Notes under the pieces: model-generated | Told to the model about the DNA's origin: nothing | Seen by the model: only the letters and a program-made list of their open reading frames with translations | The model's database searches: none | Program-made: the position numbers and the translations under genes | Source: Clostridia bacterium | GTDB lineage: Bacteria; Bacillota; Clostridia; TANB77; CAG-508 | Assembly: GCA_017528085.1 (NCBI GenBank) | Contig: JAFXPH010000007.1 | Location: 11,285-75,284 of the forward strand | Length of the DNA stretch: 64,000 nucleotides | Reading direction: 5' to 3' | In this document: one piece after another, positions 1 to 10,306 of the stretch | How the letters are laid out: the number at the start of each line of letters is the position of its first letter | How positions within the stretch are numbered: the stretch's first letter is position 1

Positions 1-1740
1 GGATGTACTTCATCAAATTCAGAACATATATTAGAAAACTTTAATAATTTAATTAAAGAGAAAAACATTGAAAATGTTAGAGTAGTAAAAACTGGCTGCT
101 TTGGATTATGCTCAAAAGGTCCAATTGTTATTATAAGACCAGATGATACTTTCTACTCACATGTTAAACCAGAAGATTGTGAAGAAATTATTAATACACA
201 CATTTTAGGTGGACAAAAGGTAGAAAGATTACTTTGTAAAGATGTTGATGGTTCAGTCGTTAATAAATTAGACGAATTACCATTTTATAAAAAACAAGTT
301 CGTATAGCTCTTAAAAACTGTGGTGTAATTAATCCAGAAGATATTGATGAATATATCGCATTTGATGGATTTAAAGCACTTCAAAAAGTATTAACAGAAA
401 TGAGCCAAGAACAAGTTATTGAAACTATTTTAAATTCAGGACTAAGAGGTAGAGGTGGAGCTGGATTCCCAACTGGAAAGAAATGGGATTTCGTAAGAAT
501 CGAAACTGATCCTGAAAAATATGTAGTATGTAATGCAGATGAGGGTGACCCGGGAGCATTTATGGATAGATCAATTCTAGAGGGCGATCCAAACTGTATA
601 CTAGAGGCAATGGCAATAGCAGCTTATGCTGTTGGAGCTCATCATGGATATATCTATGTTAGAGCTGAATACCCAATTGCTGTAAATAGATTAAGAATTG
701 CTATAGAGCAAGAAAGAGCTTATGGTCTTTTAGGTAAAGACATTTGCGGAACTGGATTTGATTTCGATATTGATATCAAACTTGGCGCCGGAGCTTTTGT
801 TTGTGGTGAAGAAACTGCACTTCTAGAATCTGCAGAAGGAAAACGTGGACAACCAAGAGTTAAACCACCATTCCCAGCACATGCAGGATTCATGCAACAC
901 CCAACATTAATCAACAATGTTGAGACATATGCAAATGTTACTAGAATTATTAATCAAGGTGCAGAATGGTATTCATCAATAGGAACAGAAAAATCAAAAG
1001 GAACTAAAGTATTTGCTTTAGGTGGAAATGTAAATAACGTAGGATTAGTTGAAGTACCAATGGGAACAACACTACGTGAAATAGTATTTGATATAGGTGG
1101 AGGAATTCCAAAGGGAAGAGAATTTAAAGCTGCCCAAACTGGTGGACCATCAGGTGGATGTATTCCTGCACAATATTTAGATGTATCAATAGATTATGAA
1201 TCACTTGCTGAAATCGGATCTATGATGGGATCTGGTGGACTTATAGTAATGGATGATTCAAAATGTATGGTTGCAATTGCTAAATTCTATATGGAATTCA
1301 TCGTAGATGAATCTTGTGGTAAATGTACACCATGTAGAATAGGAACAAAGAGAATGTTAGAAATGTTAACAAAGATTTGTGATGGTGAAGGCGAACCTGA
1401 AGATTTAGATAAACTTCAAAAATTAGCTCAAACTGTAGCAACTGCATCTGTATGTGGACTTGGTCAATCAGCACCAAATCCTGTACTAAGTACAATGAGA
1501 TATTTTAGAGACGAATATGAAGAGCATGTTAGAGATAAGAGTTGTAGAGCTGGAGAATGTAAAGCACTTTCTCAAGTAACTATAAATGAAGAATTATGTA
1601 GGGGATGTGACCTTTGTAAAAAAGTTTGTCCAGTTGGGGCAATTGAAGGTGACGTTGGACAAAAACATAGAATAGATCAATCAAAATGTATCAAATGTAA
1701 GACATGCGTTAATACTTGTCCATTCCATGCTATAAAATAA
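1..1740 (+). CDS. [FeFe]-hydrogenase NADH-binding flavoprotein subunit (NuoF/HydB/HndC-like), 5'-partial
   Basis: Frame 1 is open from nt 1 into the listed 400..1740 ORF. It has a thioredoxin-like 2Fe-2S region (GCFGLCSKGPIV), the NuoF-type site GRGGAGFPTGKKW, an ESCGKCTPCR cluster motif and two C-terminal CxxCxxCxxxCP ferredoxin motifs. Confidence 0.9.
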   Translation, partial: GCTSSNSEHILENFNNLIKEKNIENVRVVKTGCFGLCSKGPIVIIRPDDTFYSHVKPEDCEEIINTHILGGQKVERLLCKDVDGSVVNKLDELPFYKKQVRIALKNCGVINPEDIDEYIAFDGFKALQKVLTEMSQEQVIETILNSGLRGRGGAGFPTGKKWDFVRIETDPEKYVVCNADEGDPGAFMDRSILEGDPNCILEAMAIAAYAVGAHHGYIYVRAEYPIAVNRLRIAIEQERAYGLLGKDICGTGFDFDIDIKLGAGAFVCGEETALLESAEGKRGQPRVKPPFPAHAGFMQHPTLINNVETYANVTRIINQGAEWYSSIGTEKSKGTKVFALGGNVNNVGLVEVPMGTTLREIVFDIGGGIPKGREFKAAQTGGPSGGCIPAQYLDVSIDYESLAEIGSMMGSGGLIVMDDSKCMVAIAKFYMEFIVDESCGKCTPCRIGTKRMLEMLTKICDGEGEPEDLDKLQKLAQTVATASVCGLGQSAPNPVLSTMRYFRDEYEEHVRDKSCRAGECKALSQVTINEELCRGCDLCKKVCPVGAIEGDVGQKHRIDQSKCIKCKTCVNTCPFHAIK

Positions 1741-1761
1741 TATAAGAAGGAGGTAAGTGAT

Positions 1762-3501
1762 ATGATTCACTTGACTATAGATGGTGTTTCTATAGAGGTA
1801 GAAGAAGGAACAACAATTCTTGATGCTGCAAGACAAGCAAACATTGATATTCCAACACTTTGTTTCTTAAAAGGCGTAAATGAATTCGGTGATTGTAGAA
1901 TGTGTATAGTTGAAGTAGAAGGAATGAGAAAACCTGTAACTTCATGTATAACAAAAGTAGCTGAAGGAATGGTAGTTCATACACATACTAAAAGTATAAT
2001 GGATGCTAGAAGAACAGTCTTAGATTTGACACTTTCAAATCACTGCAAAGATTGTCTAACATGTATTAGAAATGGTAATTGTGAACTACAAGCACTAGCA
2101 CAAAAATATAATGTAAAAAATATTACATATGCTGGTGAGAAAAATACTCATGAAATTGATGACAAATCACCATCAATTGTAAGAGATTTTAATAAGTGTA
2201 TACTATGTAGAAGATGCGTTTCTACATGTAAAAATATTCAAGAAATTGGAGCAATTGAAACAACAGAAAGAGGTTTCGCATCTTGTGTATCAACTGCACA
2301 CAATGAAAGTTTAAATGATGTAGATTGTACATTCTGTGGACAATGTATTGAAGCTTGTCCATGTGGCGCTCTACATGAAAAAGATGATACAGATAGAGTT
2401 TGGGATGCAATTAATGATGAGACAAAATATGTTGTAGCTCAAACAGCTCCAGCAGTTAGAGTAGCTCTTGGAGAAGAATTTGGAAATCCAATTGGAACTA
2501 ATGTAACAGGAAAAATGACAACAGCATTAAGAAGATTAGGATTTGATAAAGTATTTGATACAAATACAGGTGCTGACTTTACAATTATGGAAGAAGCAAC
2601 TGAGTTTATAGAGAGATTCTCTAAAGGAGAAAATCTTCCAATGATTACGTCATGCTGTCCAGCATGGGTAAGATTTGCAGAAAAGAATTTCCCAAATCAA
2701 TTACAACATATATCAAGTTGTAAATCTCCACACCAAATGTTTGGTGCAATAATTAAATCATATTATGCTCAAAAGTTTAATATTGATCCAAAGAGTATAT
2801 TTGTAGTATCAGTAATGCCATGTGTTGCTAAAAAATATGAATGCACACGTGAAGAAATGGAAGTTGACGGACTTCGTGATGTAGATGCTGTTATTACAAC
2901 AAGAGAACTTGCAAGAATGATTAAACAACATGATATTGAATTTAATGAATTAGAAGAAACATCATTTGATGACCCAATGGGAGAAGCTACTGGTGCAGCA
3001 GCAATATTTGGGGTAACTGGTGGTGTTATGGAGGCAGCACTTCGTACAGCTGCAGACGTTTTAGAAGGAAAAAGTTTAGATAAATTAGACTATGAAGCAG
3101 TAAGAGGAAATGAAGCTATTAAAAAAGCAACTGTTAATATTGCAGGAAAAGATATTACAGTTTGTGTAGCACATGGACTAAAGAATGCTAGAATAGTTAT
3201 GAAACAAATTGAAGCAGGAGAAGTAGATTATCAATTTGTTGAAATTATGGCTTGTCCAGGCGGATGTATTAATGGTGGTGGACAACCAATTAAGAATAGT
3301 AAGACAAGATCAAGAGTAGATATTAAGAAATTAAGAACTGAATCTTTATACACAATTGATGAAAAATCAACTCTAAGAAAATCACATGAAAATCCAGTAT
3401 TAAAAGGAATTTATAGTGAATTCTTCGGAGATGCTTGTGGAGAGAAAGCTCATAAATATTTACATACACACTATTCTGCAAAGAAAAAATATGATTTCTA
3501 A
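1762..3501 (+). CDS. hydA: [FeFe]-hydrogenase catalytic subunit
   Basis: RBS aaggaggt lies upstream. N-terminal 2Fe-2S and 4Fe-4S ferredoxin motifs (CILCRRCVSTC, CTFCGQCIEACP) are followed by H-cluster signatures TSCCPAW, MPCVAKKYE and EIMACPGGCINGGGQP. Confidence 0.93.
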   Translation: MIHLTIDGVSIEVEEGTTILDAARQANIDIPTLCFLKGVNEFGDCRMCIVEVEGMRKPVTSCITKVAEGMVVHTHTKSIMDARRTVLDLTLSNHCKDCLTCIRNGNCELQALAQKYNVKNITYAGEKNTHEIDDKSPSIVRDFNKCILCRRCVSTCKNIQEIGAIETTERGFASCVSTAHNESLNDVDCTFCGQCIEACPCGALHEKDDTDRVWDAINDETKYVVAQTAPAVRVALGEEFGNPIGTNVTGKMTTALRRLGFDKVFDTNTGADFTIMEEATEFIERFSKGENLPMITSCCPAWVRFAEKNFPNQLQHISSCKSPHQMFGAIIKSYYAQKFNIDPKSIFVVSVMPCVAKKYECTREEMEVDGLRDVDAVITTRELARMIKQHDIEFNELEETSFDDPMGEATGAAAIFGVTGGVMEAALRTAADVLEGKSLDKLDYEAVRGNEAIKKATVNIAGKDITVCVAHGLKNARIVMKQIEAGEVDYQFVEIMACPGGCINGGGQPIKNSKTRSRVDIKKLRTESLYTIDEKSTLRKSHENPVLKGIYSEFFGDACGEKAHKYLHTHYSAKKKYDF

Positions 3502-3515
3502 AATGAAATAAAAAG

Positions 3516-3550
3516 GGTAGAGAAGCTTAGCTTTTCTACCTTTATTTTTT
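3516..3550 (+). terminator. Rho-independent terminator after hydA
   Basis: Hairpin ggtagagaag/cttttctacc (one mismatch) followed by tttatttttt. Confidence 0.6.
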
Positions 3551-3583
3551 GCAAAATAAAAAAGCATAGCTTTTGCTATGCTT

Positions 3584-3660
<77 letters not shown>

Positions 3661-3811
3661 ATTTCGTTCACATATACTATTATAGAGTCTTCACATTTTT
3701 TTGTCAATTAAAACTTGGATAAGTACCTTATTTTTATTGCAAAAAAACGATTTTATTGATAGTATATAAATAACGATTTTATGAATTTTTTTAGAGAAAA
3801 ATTGGAGAAAA

Positions 3812-4969
3812 ATGGTTAAAGAAGAAAACAATAGTAAACCTTCTCTAACACAAACTATAGTGATTTTTGTAGTTACAATGATGGCTATCTTTATGGTTGC
3901 AAGATACATTTCTGATAGTAGTTTTAAAGACTTAATAGATCAGAAAGTATTTCGAATTGGGGTAATAGAGGAGAGTTTAAAATCAATTGAAATAGATAAT
4001 AGTTCTAATGTTAATGTATATGCTTATGATAAATACATTGCAGTACTAAATAAGAATGTACTAAAACAGTATGACAAAGATGCTGAAGAAAAATATTCAT
4101 TAGATATTAAGATTTCTATGCCAATAGTAGCAACTAGTGGAAAGTACATGATAATGGCAGAAAAAGGTGGAGAAAAAGCTTACTTAATATCTGGTGAAAA
4201 CATCGTTTGGCAAAGGGACTTTGATGGAGATATTTCTAGAGTTGCAGTTAATGAAAAAGGATATACTTGTGTGATTTTAGAAAATACAACATATAAATCT
4301 ATTGGTGTTATAATAGATGACAAAGGAAATGAACTATTTAAGACATTTATAAATAGTGCATATTCATATGTGATAGATATTTCTGATAATAGCAAATATG
4401 TTGCAATGGGAGATGTTGTTTACAGTGGAGCAATAATAAAATCAACAGTTAGTATATATTCTGTTGAAAAAGCTCAAACAGATCCTAATAATGCAAAGAT
4501 ATATGAGTATGAAGCAGAACATGGAAGCTTAATATTAGACATTAATTATCAAGGTAATAATGCTATATGCTTATTTAATAACTATGTTCAAAAAGTTGGA
4601 ACAAGCTCAGATGAAAGACTTTATGATATGACAAATACAGACGTATTTATAGAAACTAATTTAAAATCTACATATGCTGTTATAAATAGGCATTCATCTG
4701 AACTATTTAGTTATGAATATCAAGTAGATTTTAGAAACTCAAAAGGAAAGAGTAGTAGAAACTATATCCTAGAAGAGGAAGTTCCAAGTAGAATTGTTGC
4801 AAATGGAAATAAGGTAGCAATGGTTGAAGGAAGTACTTTAGAGATAATAAAATCAAATGGAATGCTTGTAAAGAAATTTACTGGTGATACGACAATTAAT
4901 TCAGCTGTTTTAGGAGATAAGATTGCTGGAGTATTATATAAAAATAAAATATTTGTGATTGAATTATAG
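3812..4969 (+). CDS. Hypothetical N-terminally membrane-anchored protein
   Basis: Long ORF with one N-terminal TM helix (IVIFVVTMMAIFMVA). The remainder is beta-rich and repetitive-looking. I recognised no motif. Confidence 0.55.
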   Translation: MVKEENNSKPSLTQTIVIFVVTMMAIFMVARYISDSSFKDLIDQKVFRIGVIEESLKSIEIDNSSNVNVYAYDKYIAVLNKNVLKQYDKDAEEKYSLDIKISMPIVATSGKYMIMAEKGGEKAYLISGENIVWQRDFDGDISRVAVNEKGYTCVILENTTYKSIGVIIDDKGNELFKTFINSAYSYVIDISDNSKYVAMGDVVYSGAIIKSTVSIYSVEKAQTDPNNAKIYEYEAEHGSLILDINYQGNNAICLFNNYVQKVGTSSDERLYDMTNTDVFIETNLKSTYAVINRHSSELFSYEYQVDFRNSKGKSSRNYILEEEVPSRIVANGNKVAMVEGSTLEIIKSNGMLVKKFTGDTTINSAVLGDKIAGVLYKNKIFVIEL

Positions 4970-4980
4970 AGGAGGACTAT

Positions 4981-5685
4981 ATGGATACATTAGTAGCAGT
5001 CGACTGGATAAAGTATGCAGGATTATTAGTAGATCTTGTAGTACTTTCAATAATTATTTCAAATGCATTTTGGGGTTATAGAAGAGGCTTAGTAAATGTA
5101 ATTTGTAAATTAATTACATTTGTAGTTTCACTTTTAATAGTATTTGTATTATATAAACCAGTTGCACAATCAATAATGAACAATACTCAATTAGATGAGA
5201 AATTATCAATTGCACTTCAAAAGAATTTAACAGGAAAAACTTTAGAAAACGGTGAGTTATTAAAACCATCAGAATCAGCTGTATCTGAAGGTATGGTTGA
5301 ACTTATTAATTCTTTTGTAAGAGATGCTTTAAAAGAGTCATCAACTAATGCTGTAAAATATGTTGGTGATCATTTAGCAGTTCTTATGATTCAAGCAGGA
5401 ACGTTCTTGGGACTATTTATTATTTCAAGAACAGCACTTCTATTTGTAAGGTTTGCTGCAGAACTTATAGCTAACCTACCAATTATTAAGATGTTTAATA
5501 AATCAGGTGGTTTGATTTATGGTGTATTAAGAGGATTTGTAACAGTATATGTTATTTTAGCAATATTCTCTGTAGCATCACCAGTTATTTCAGATTTTGG
5601 AATAATTCAAGCTATTCATAAATCTCATTTAGCTGCTGCAATGTATGATAATAATGTAATTATAAACATAGTAACAAATCATTAA
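4981..5685 (+). CDS. CvpA-family membrane protein
   Basis: RBS gaggagg upstream; four or more TM segments with typical CvpA-like length and layout. The family assignment is pattern-level only. Confidence 0.6.
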   Translation: MDTLVAVDWIKYAGLLVDLVVLSIIISNAFWGYRRGLVNVICKLITFVVSLLIVFVLYKPVAQSIMNNTQLDEKLSIALQKNLTGKTLENGELLKPSESAVSEGMVELINSFVRDALKESSTNAVKYVGDHLAVLMIQAGTFLGLFIISRTALLFVRFAAELIANLPIIKMFNKSGGLIYGVLRGFVTVYVILAIFSVASPVISDFGIIQAIHKSHLAAAMYDNNVIINIVTNH

Positions 5686-5701
5686 TCTAAGAGGTGATTT
5701 T

Positions 5702-6679
5702 TTGGCAAGAAAGAAAAAGAAGAAATCTTTTGGAAAAAAGCTATTCTTAATCTTATGCATAGCTGTAATTATATATGGAAGTTATATAGGCATTAAGACT
5801 TCAGAAAATGGAGGAGGATTAGAAGGATTTATTGCTGCAGTATTTGGTGGAAGCACTAAAGATGCAAAAACAATAAATGTCCTTATAGTTGGTGTAAGTG
5901 AAGATTTATCAATAAAACTTACTGATACTATAATGATAGCAAGATATAATCCTAGTACTCAGAAAGCTGCACTTATTAGTATCTCTAGAGATACATTTGT
6001 AGGTAGCAGCACGGCATCTGCAAATGGCAATAGCAAATTAAATGCTGTGTATCAATCAAGTGGTATAGATGGCCTTAAGAAAAAGGTGACATCGCTTACA
6101 GGACTTGAGATTGATGAGTATGTTGTAGTAAACAACAATGCAGTTATAAAGATTGTAGATGCAATGGGTGGAGTAAAATTTGATGTTCCAATAGATATGG
6201 ACTATGATGATCCTACTCAAGACTTACATATACATTTAACTAAAGGACTTCAGAAGATAGATGGTGAAAAAGCAGAATGGCTTTTAAGATTTAGACATAA
6301 TAATGATGGAACAAGTTATCCATCTTCATATGGTGATAATGATTATGGTAGAATGAGAACTCAAAGAGAGTTTTTAAAAGAAATGGCAAAACAATTACTT
6401 AGTGCTAAAAACATATTAAGAGCTGGTAAAATAATAAATGCAGCTTTAGATAATACTGATACAAGCATTACAAAATCATTTATTGGTTCTTATTTAGGAA
6501 AAGCATTAAGTTTTAGCACAGATAATATCATGACTATACAACTTGAGGGATCAGGTCAAATGTATAATAAAGTTTGGTTTAGTGTTTACAATAAAGAAAG
6601 AAACAAAGTCCTTTTAAAAGAGGCCGAAGACTATTTAAATACTAAGATAGAACCAGATGTCTCAAATGAAGCAAAATAA
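5702..6679 (+). CDS. LCP (LytR-CpsA-Psr) family cell-envelope phosphotransferase
   Basis: N-terminal TM followed by the LCP core pattern NVLIVGVSED...TDTIMIARYNP...ISISRDT...NAVY. It starts at TTG with RBS agaggtg. Confidence 0.85.
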   Translation: MARKKKKKSFGKKLFLILCIAVIIYGSYIGIKTSENGGGLEGFIAAVFGGSTKDAKTINVLIVGVSEDLSIKLTDTIMIARYNPSTQKAALISISRDTFVGSSTASANGNSKLNAVYQSSGIDGLKKKVTSLTGLEIDEYVVVNNNAVIKIVDAMGGVKFDVPIDMDYDDPTQDLHIHLTKGLQKIDGEKAEWLLRFRHNNDGTSYPSSYGDNDYGRMRTQREFLKEMAKQLLSAKNILRAGKIINAALDNTDTSITKSFIGSYLGKALSFSTDNIMTIQLEGSGQMYNKVWFSVYNKERNKVLLKEAEDYLNTKIEPDVSNEAK

Positions 6680-6680
6680 A

Positions 6681-6719
6681 ATAAAGGCATTACTTTTTAA
6701 GTAATGCCTTATTTTTATT
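6681..6719. terminator. Bidirectional terminator between convergent genes
   Basis: Hairpin aaggcattactt/aagtaatgcctt flanked by A-run and T-run. Confidence 0.65.
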
Positions 6720-8021
6720 TTAATATAAATTTCTATTTTGTTTTGATTGAGCTACTCTTTTTCTTGATCTTCTTCTATTTCTTCTAATACGTCTTAATCT
6801 TAATGATCTTAATACCCAAAGAAGAAGTAGTATTCCGAAAAAGATTAAATATCCTGTTATTTTAAATCTAGCAACATCATGAGATGCAAGAAGTTTAGAA
6901 GAATAATCTACACCATCTATTGTATAAGTAATTGTTCCGATTTCTTGATTTTTCTCAATTGGAGCTTCTAAGTTTTGATCAATAATAATTTTTGGCTTAA
7001 TATCAGAAATATTAGTTTCTTTATTATTGACTGCAATTATTGCATCTTTAATAACTACATCTAAACTCTTAGTTTTCTTAGTTGCTTTATCAATTTCTAT
7101 TGTCTTTACTGTATCTCCAGCTTCGATTACTTTTGTTTTATCAAAGTTTTCAAAACCATAGTTAAACAAATCGATAGTATCAATATATCTTTCTGATAGT
7201 CCATTGTCTTTGATTTCTCCATCTAGTACAACAGAGATTAGATTTAAGTTATCTCTTGTTGCAGAAGAAACTACACAATAACCTGCTTGAGATGTATGGC
7301 CAGTTTTAATGCCCAATGCATCTTTGTAATAATAGTTATCTGGTCTATCATTATTGTTTACAATTATTAATTCATTTGTTGATTGAAAAATTCTATCCTC
7401 ACTTGGATATTTGTTTGTTTTAGGTAATGTATAACTTGTAGTAGATACAAGTTGTTTAAACGTATCTGCATGTTCAAAAGTTAAAGCATAATCAGCCATT
7501 TTATATAAATCATAAGCTGTAGTATAGTGGTTTTCGTTATGAATACCATTTGGATTTACAAAATGAGTATTCTTACAACCAATTTCTTTAGCTTTTTGAT
7601 TCATTAAATTTGAAAATTCTTCAACTGACCCTGATACATGTTCTGCAAGAACAACAGCAGCATCGTTTGCTGATTTTACCATAAGTGCGTATAGTAAATC
7701 TAAAACAGGTAGCTCTTCACCGATTTGAAGGTTACAAGTAACGTACCCATTTGGAACACTATCTAAAGCATTCTTTGATACTGTTGCTGTCTCATTTAAG
7801 TTAACATTTTCTAAAACACAAATACATGTAAGAATTTTAGTACAAGAAGCAGGAAACTTTACAAGCGATGCATTCTTTTCATATAGAACACGACCAGTTG
7901 ACTGCTCAACTAAAATTCCAGCACCGGCATCTATACTAAATTCTTTAGCATAAGTCGGAACATTTACAAGTAGAAGTAATATTATAGTGAGAATAATCGT
8001 AAGCCTTTTACGTAAATTCAT
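6720..8021 (-). CDS. D-alanyl-D-alanine carboxypeptidase (PBP5/DacB-like) with C-terminal TM anchor and basic tail
   Basis: Signal peptide plus the serine-PBP triad SCTK (SxxK), SAND (SxN) and KTGHT (KTG). Confidence 0.88.
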   Translation of the reverse strand: MNLRKRLTIILTIILLLLVNVPTYAKEFSIDAGAGILVEQSTGRVLYEKNASLVKFPASCTKILTCICVLENVNLNETATVSKNALDSVPNGYVTCNLQIGEELPVLDLLYALMVKSANDAAVVLAEHVSGSVEEFSNLMNQKAKEIGCKNTHFVNPNGIHNENHYTTAYDLYKMADYALTFEHADTFKQLVSTTSYTLPKTNKYPSEDRIFQSTNELIIVNNNDRPDNYYYKDALGIKTGHTSQAGYCVVSSATRDNLNLISVVLDGEIKDNGLSERYIDTIDLFNYGFENFDKTKVIEAGDTVKTIEIDKATKKTKSLDVVIKDAIIAVNNKETNISDIKPKIIIDQNLEAPIEKNQEIGTITYTIDGVDYSSKLLASHDVARFKITGYLIFFGILLLLWVLRSLRLRRIRRNRRRSRKRVAQSKQNRNLY

Positions 8022-8103
8022 AAATATACTCCTAAATTATGTTTTTTTAATAATATACCAAATCAGACTTTTTTTCAATAACATAGTTAGTTTTTTAAAG
8101 CGC

Positions 8104-8139
8104 AAAAAAAGTACTTACCTTAAAGGTAAGTACTTAATA
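8104..8139 (-). terminator. Terminator of hup
   Basis: Hairpin agtacttacctt/aaggtaagtact followed by a T-run on the minus strand. Confidence 0.7.
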
Positions 8140-8156
8140 CTCTAAATAATTTGAAA

Positions 8157-8432
8157 TTATTTATTAACAGCATCTTTTAAAGCTTTACCAGCTTTGAATA
8201 CTGGTGATTTAGAAGCTGGTATTTTAATTTCTTTACCAGTTTGTGGGTTTCTTCCTTTTCTAGGTGCTCTTTTTCTAACTTCAAAAGAACCAAATCCAAC
8301 TAATTGAACTTTTTCACCTTTCTTTAATGCTCCTTCGATAGATGCTACTAGAGCATTTAAAGAAGCTTCAGCTGCTTTTTTTGTTACATTAGTTTTGCTA
8401 GCTAATGCTTCAACTAATTCTGCTTTATTCAT
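8157..8432 (-). CDS. hup: DNA-binding protein HU
   Basis: 91 aa beginning [11 protein letters not shown], then [28 protein letters not shown], the canonical HU/IHF fold signature. Confidence 0.95.
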   Translation of the reverse strand: MNKAELVEALASKTNVTKKAAEASLNALVASIEGALKKGEKVQLVGFGSFEVRKRAPRKGRNPQTGKEIKIPASKSPVFKAGKALKDAVNK

Positions 8433-8659
8433 AATAATTCCTCCTAAAATATTTTTTTATTTTCCATCTTTTGTTTTACAAGTACAATTTACCATTAAAA
8501 ATGCTTAAAGTCAATGATTTTATTGTATTTTTAACATATTTGTATTCATTTTGAAACAAATCTCAAGCTTTTGAAAGTTTTTATCAAAAAAATGTAGATA
8601 TTTCTTGCAAAATTAAGTGTTTTTTAATATGATATTTACATACAAAGGAAAGAGAGAAA

Positions 8660-8908
8660 ATGAGTAAAAGAGTAAAAAGATCAACAACACCAATGGACAA
8701 AGTAGTAATTATTCTTTCGATAATTGCAGTTGTACTAATTGTTGTTTTAATTAAGATGAATAGATATTATAATGAACTACTTAAAGAGTATAATGATCTT
8801 CAAGATTCATCAGTTATTAATGAAAATGATATATATGATGAAAATGGCATGTATAATAGGCTTTTGGAGAATACTGTAAGTGAAAAAATAGTAGAAAATA
8901 AAATATAA
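8660..8908 (+). CDS. Small hypothetical single-TM protein
   Basis: RBS aaggaaagagag, one TM (VVIILSIIAVVLIVVLI), and a terminator hairpin aggactaag/cttagtcct downstream. Confidence 0.45.
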   Translation: MSKRVKRSTTPMDKVVIILSIIAVVLIVVLIKMNRYYNELLKEYNDLQDSSVINENDIYDENGMYNRLLENTVSEKIVENKI

Positions 8909-8976
8909 AATGTATTAAGAAGGACTAAGATAAAACTTAGTCCTTTTATAACGCTCTAAAATTTGAGATTTAGCGC

Positions 8977-8985
8977 AATATATGG
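8977..8985 (+). promoter_or_regulatory. Extended -10 element (TGgTATAAT) upstream of the GC-rich gene
   Basis: The sequence atatggtataatta lies about 70 nt upstream of the 9054 start, in AT-rich DNA. Confidence 0.4.
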
Positions 8986-9016
8986 TATAATTATAGTTGA
9001 TTCCAAACGGAATTGG

Positions 9017-9029
9017 TTGTAACTAGCGC
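9017..9029. repeat. Left arm of a 13-bp perfect inverted repeat flanking the GC-rich gene
   Basis: ttgtaactagcgc is the exact reverse complement of 10183..10195. Confidence 0.85.
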
Positions 9030-9053
9030 AGGTGTATACTGAAGGAGGAAAAC

Positions 9054-10139
9054 ATGAAAAGACATGGCTTGAGGAACATCCTGGCAATTCTGTTTGTGCT
9101 TGTCATGATCATGACGAGTATGAGTGTCACAGCGTTTGCTGCTGATGAAAGCAACCAGGTAGGAAACATCAACGTTCGGATCAACGGCAACAAAAGCACG
9201 GCCCATTATCCTGATGTGTTCATTGACAACTCTCATGTACATGCTGTCAGCTTCGACTGGAGTATGAGTGAGAAGGATTACAAGAACGCGGCGGACAATG
9301 ACGTACTTAAGCTTACGATCGAGCTGAGACCTGCCTCTGGATACTACTTTGGCAACAAAACGTATGCCACGTGCGAGGATGATTATACTGCTTTTTCCTT
9401 CGACATTGATTCGAGAACTGAAGCTGAGCTCCGGGTTGAGATCAAAGTCAGTAAGGTAAGAAACGGCAGCAATAATTCCTCTCCTAGTGGTGGAGGCATT
9501 CCCTTGGTGAGAAATCTGGATCGTGTCAAAATCAATTCTTATGGGAACACGTATATTGCGTGGGATGCTGTTTCTCATGCCGATGAATATTACATTAAGG
9601 TGTATTCGGCTGTGGACGGCGCATTTCTCTATGAGGACTGGACGACAAACACGAAGTACAGAATTTCCACAATTCGGGACAACATCAGCACTACTTACCG
9701 TGACGCGAAAGTGTATATGGAGATAGTAGCGACAACTGATGATGATTACTTTCTTAATAGTGGTATCACGAAAACAGATAACTTCTGGGTGGTAAAAGAT
9801 GACCATCATGGTTATTACCAGTATTACGAGGGTAATGGTTGGATCGACAAGGGAAATGGCAACTGGATGTTTATGGAAAACTGGAAGATAGTACATGGCT
9901 GGATGAAAATCGAAGGCTCTTGGTACTACTTCAACTCTGATGGCTATATGCAGAAGGGTTGGTTGTACGACGGCGACGACTGGTATTACTTTGCTGATAA
10001 CGGTAAAATGTGCCATTCGGAGTGGGTCAAGATTGGAAACTACTATTACTACTTCTACGAAGACGGAGCAATGGCAGCTGATACGTGGATTGGCTCTTTC
10101 CATGTTAACAAAGATGGAGCCTGGGACAGAAGCAGATAA
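9054..10139 (+). CDS. Secreted protein with C-terminal cell-wall-binding (CW_binding_1/choline-binding-type) repeats
   Basis: RBS gaaggagg and signal peptide (...SVTAFA/ADES). The C-terminus carries repeats such as GWMKIEGSWYYFNSDGYMQKGW, LYDGDDWYYFADNGKM and KIGNYYYYFYEDGAM. Codon usage is clearly richer in G/C than the neighbouring genes. Confidence 0.8.
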   Translation: MKRHGLRNILAILFVLVMIMTSMSVTAFAADESNQVGNINVRINGNKSTAHYPDVFIDNSHVHAVSFDWSMSEKDYKNAADNDVLKLTIELRPASGYYFGNKTYATCEDDYTAFSFDIDSRTEAELRVEIKVSKVRNGSNNSSPSGGGIPLVRNLDRVKINSYGNTYIAWDAVSHADEYYIKVYSAVDGAFLYEDWTTNTKYRISTIRDNISTTYRDAKVYMEIVATTDDDYFLNSGITKTDNFWVVKDDHHGYYQYYEGNGWIDKGNGNWMFMENWKIVHGWMKIEGSWYYFNSDGYMQKGWLYDGDDWYYFADNGKMCHSEWVKIGNYYYYFYEDGAMAADTWIGSFHVNKDGAWDRSR

Positions 10140-10182
10140 TACTTTTGTCACTTTAAAACTGAATAGAGTTTATTTTGAAGAA

Positions 10183-10195
10183 GCGCTAGTTACAA
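10183..10195. repeat. Right arm of the 13-bp perfect inverted repeat
   Basis: gcgctagttacaa is the reverse complement of 9017..9029. Confidence 0.85.
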
Positions 10196-10234
10196 AGCAG
10201 GGAGAGATTCATTTTTCTCCCTGCTTCTTTTTTT
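10196..10234 (+). terminator. Rho-independent terminator
   Basis: 10-bp stem agcagggaga/tctccctgct followed by a T-run. Confidence 0.75.
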
Positions 10235-10306
10235 AAAAACTTATATTATTATTAATGTTTATATGATATAATTTGCTTGGAAAACATAAGAAAAGAGGAA
10301 ATACAA

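Noticed and set aside
8991-10151. 386-aa minus-strand ORF (plus + strand ORFs 9523..9726 and 9940..10236) covering the GC-rich gene
   Set aside because: It is an antisense or alternate-frame shadow of the 9054..10139 gene. That gene has the RBS, the signal peptide and recognisable cell-wall-binding repeats. The shadow translation is low-complexity and has no start signals. Long spurious ORFs are expected in GC-richer DNA.
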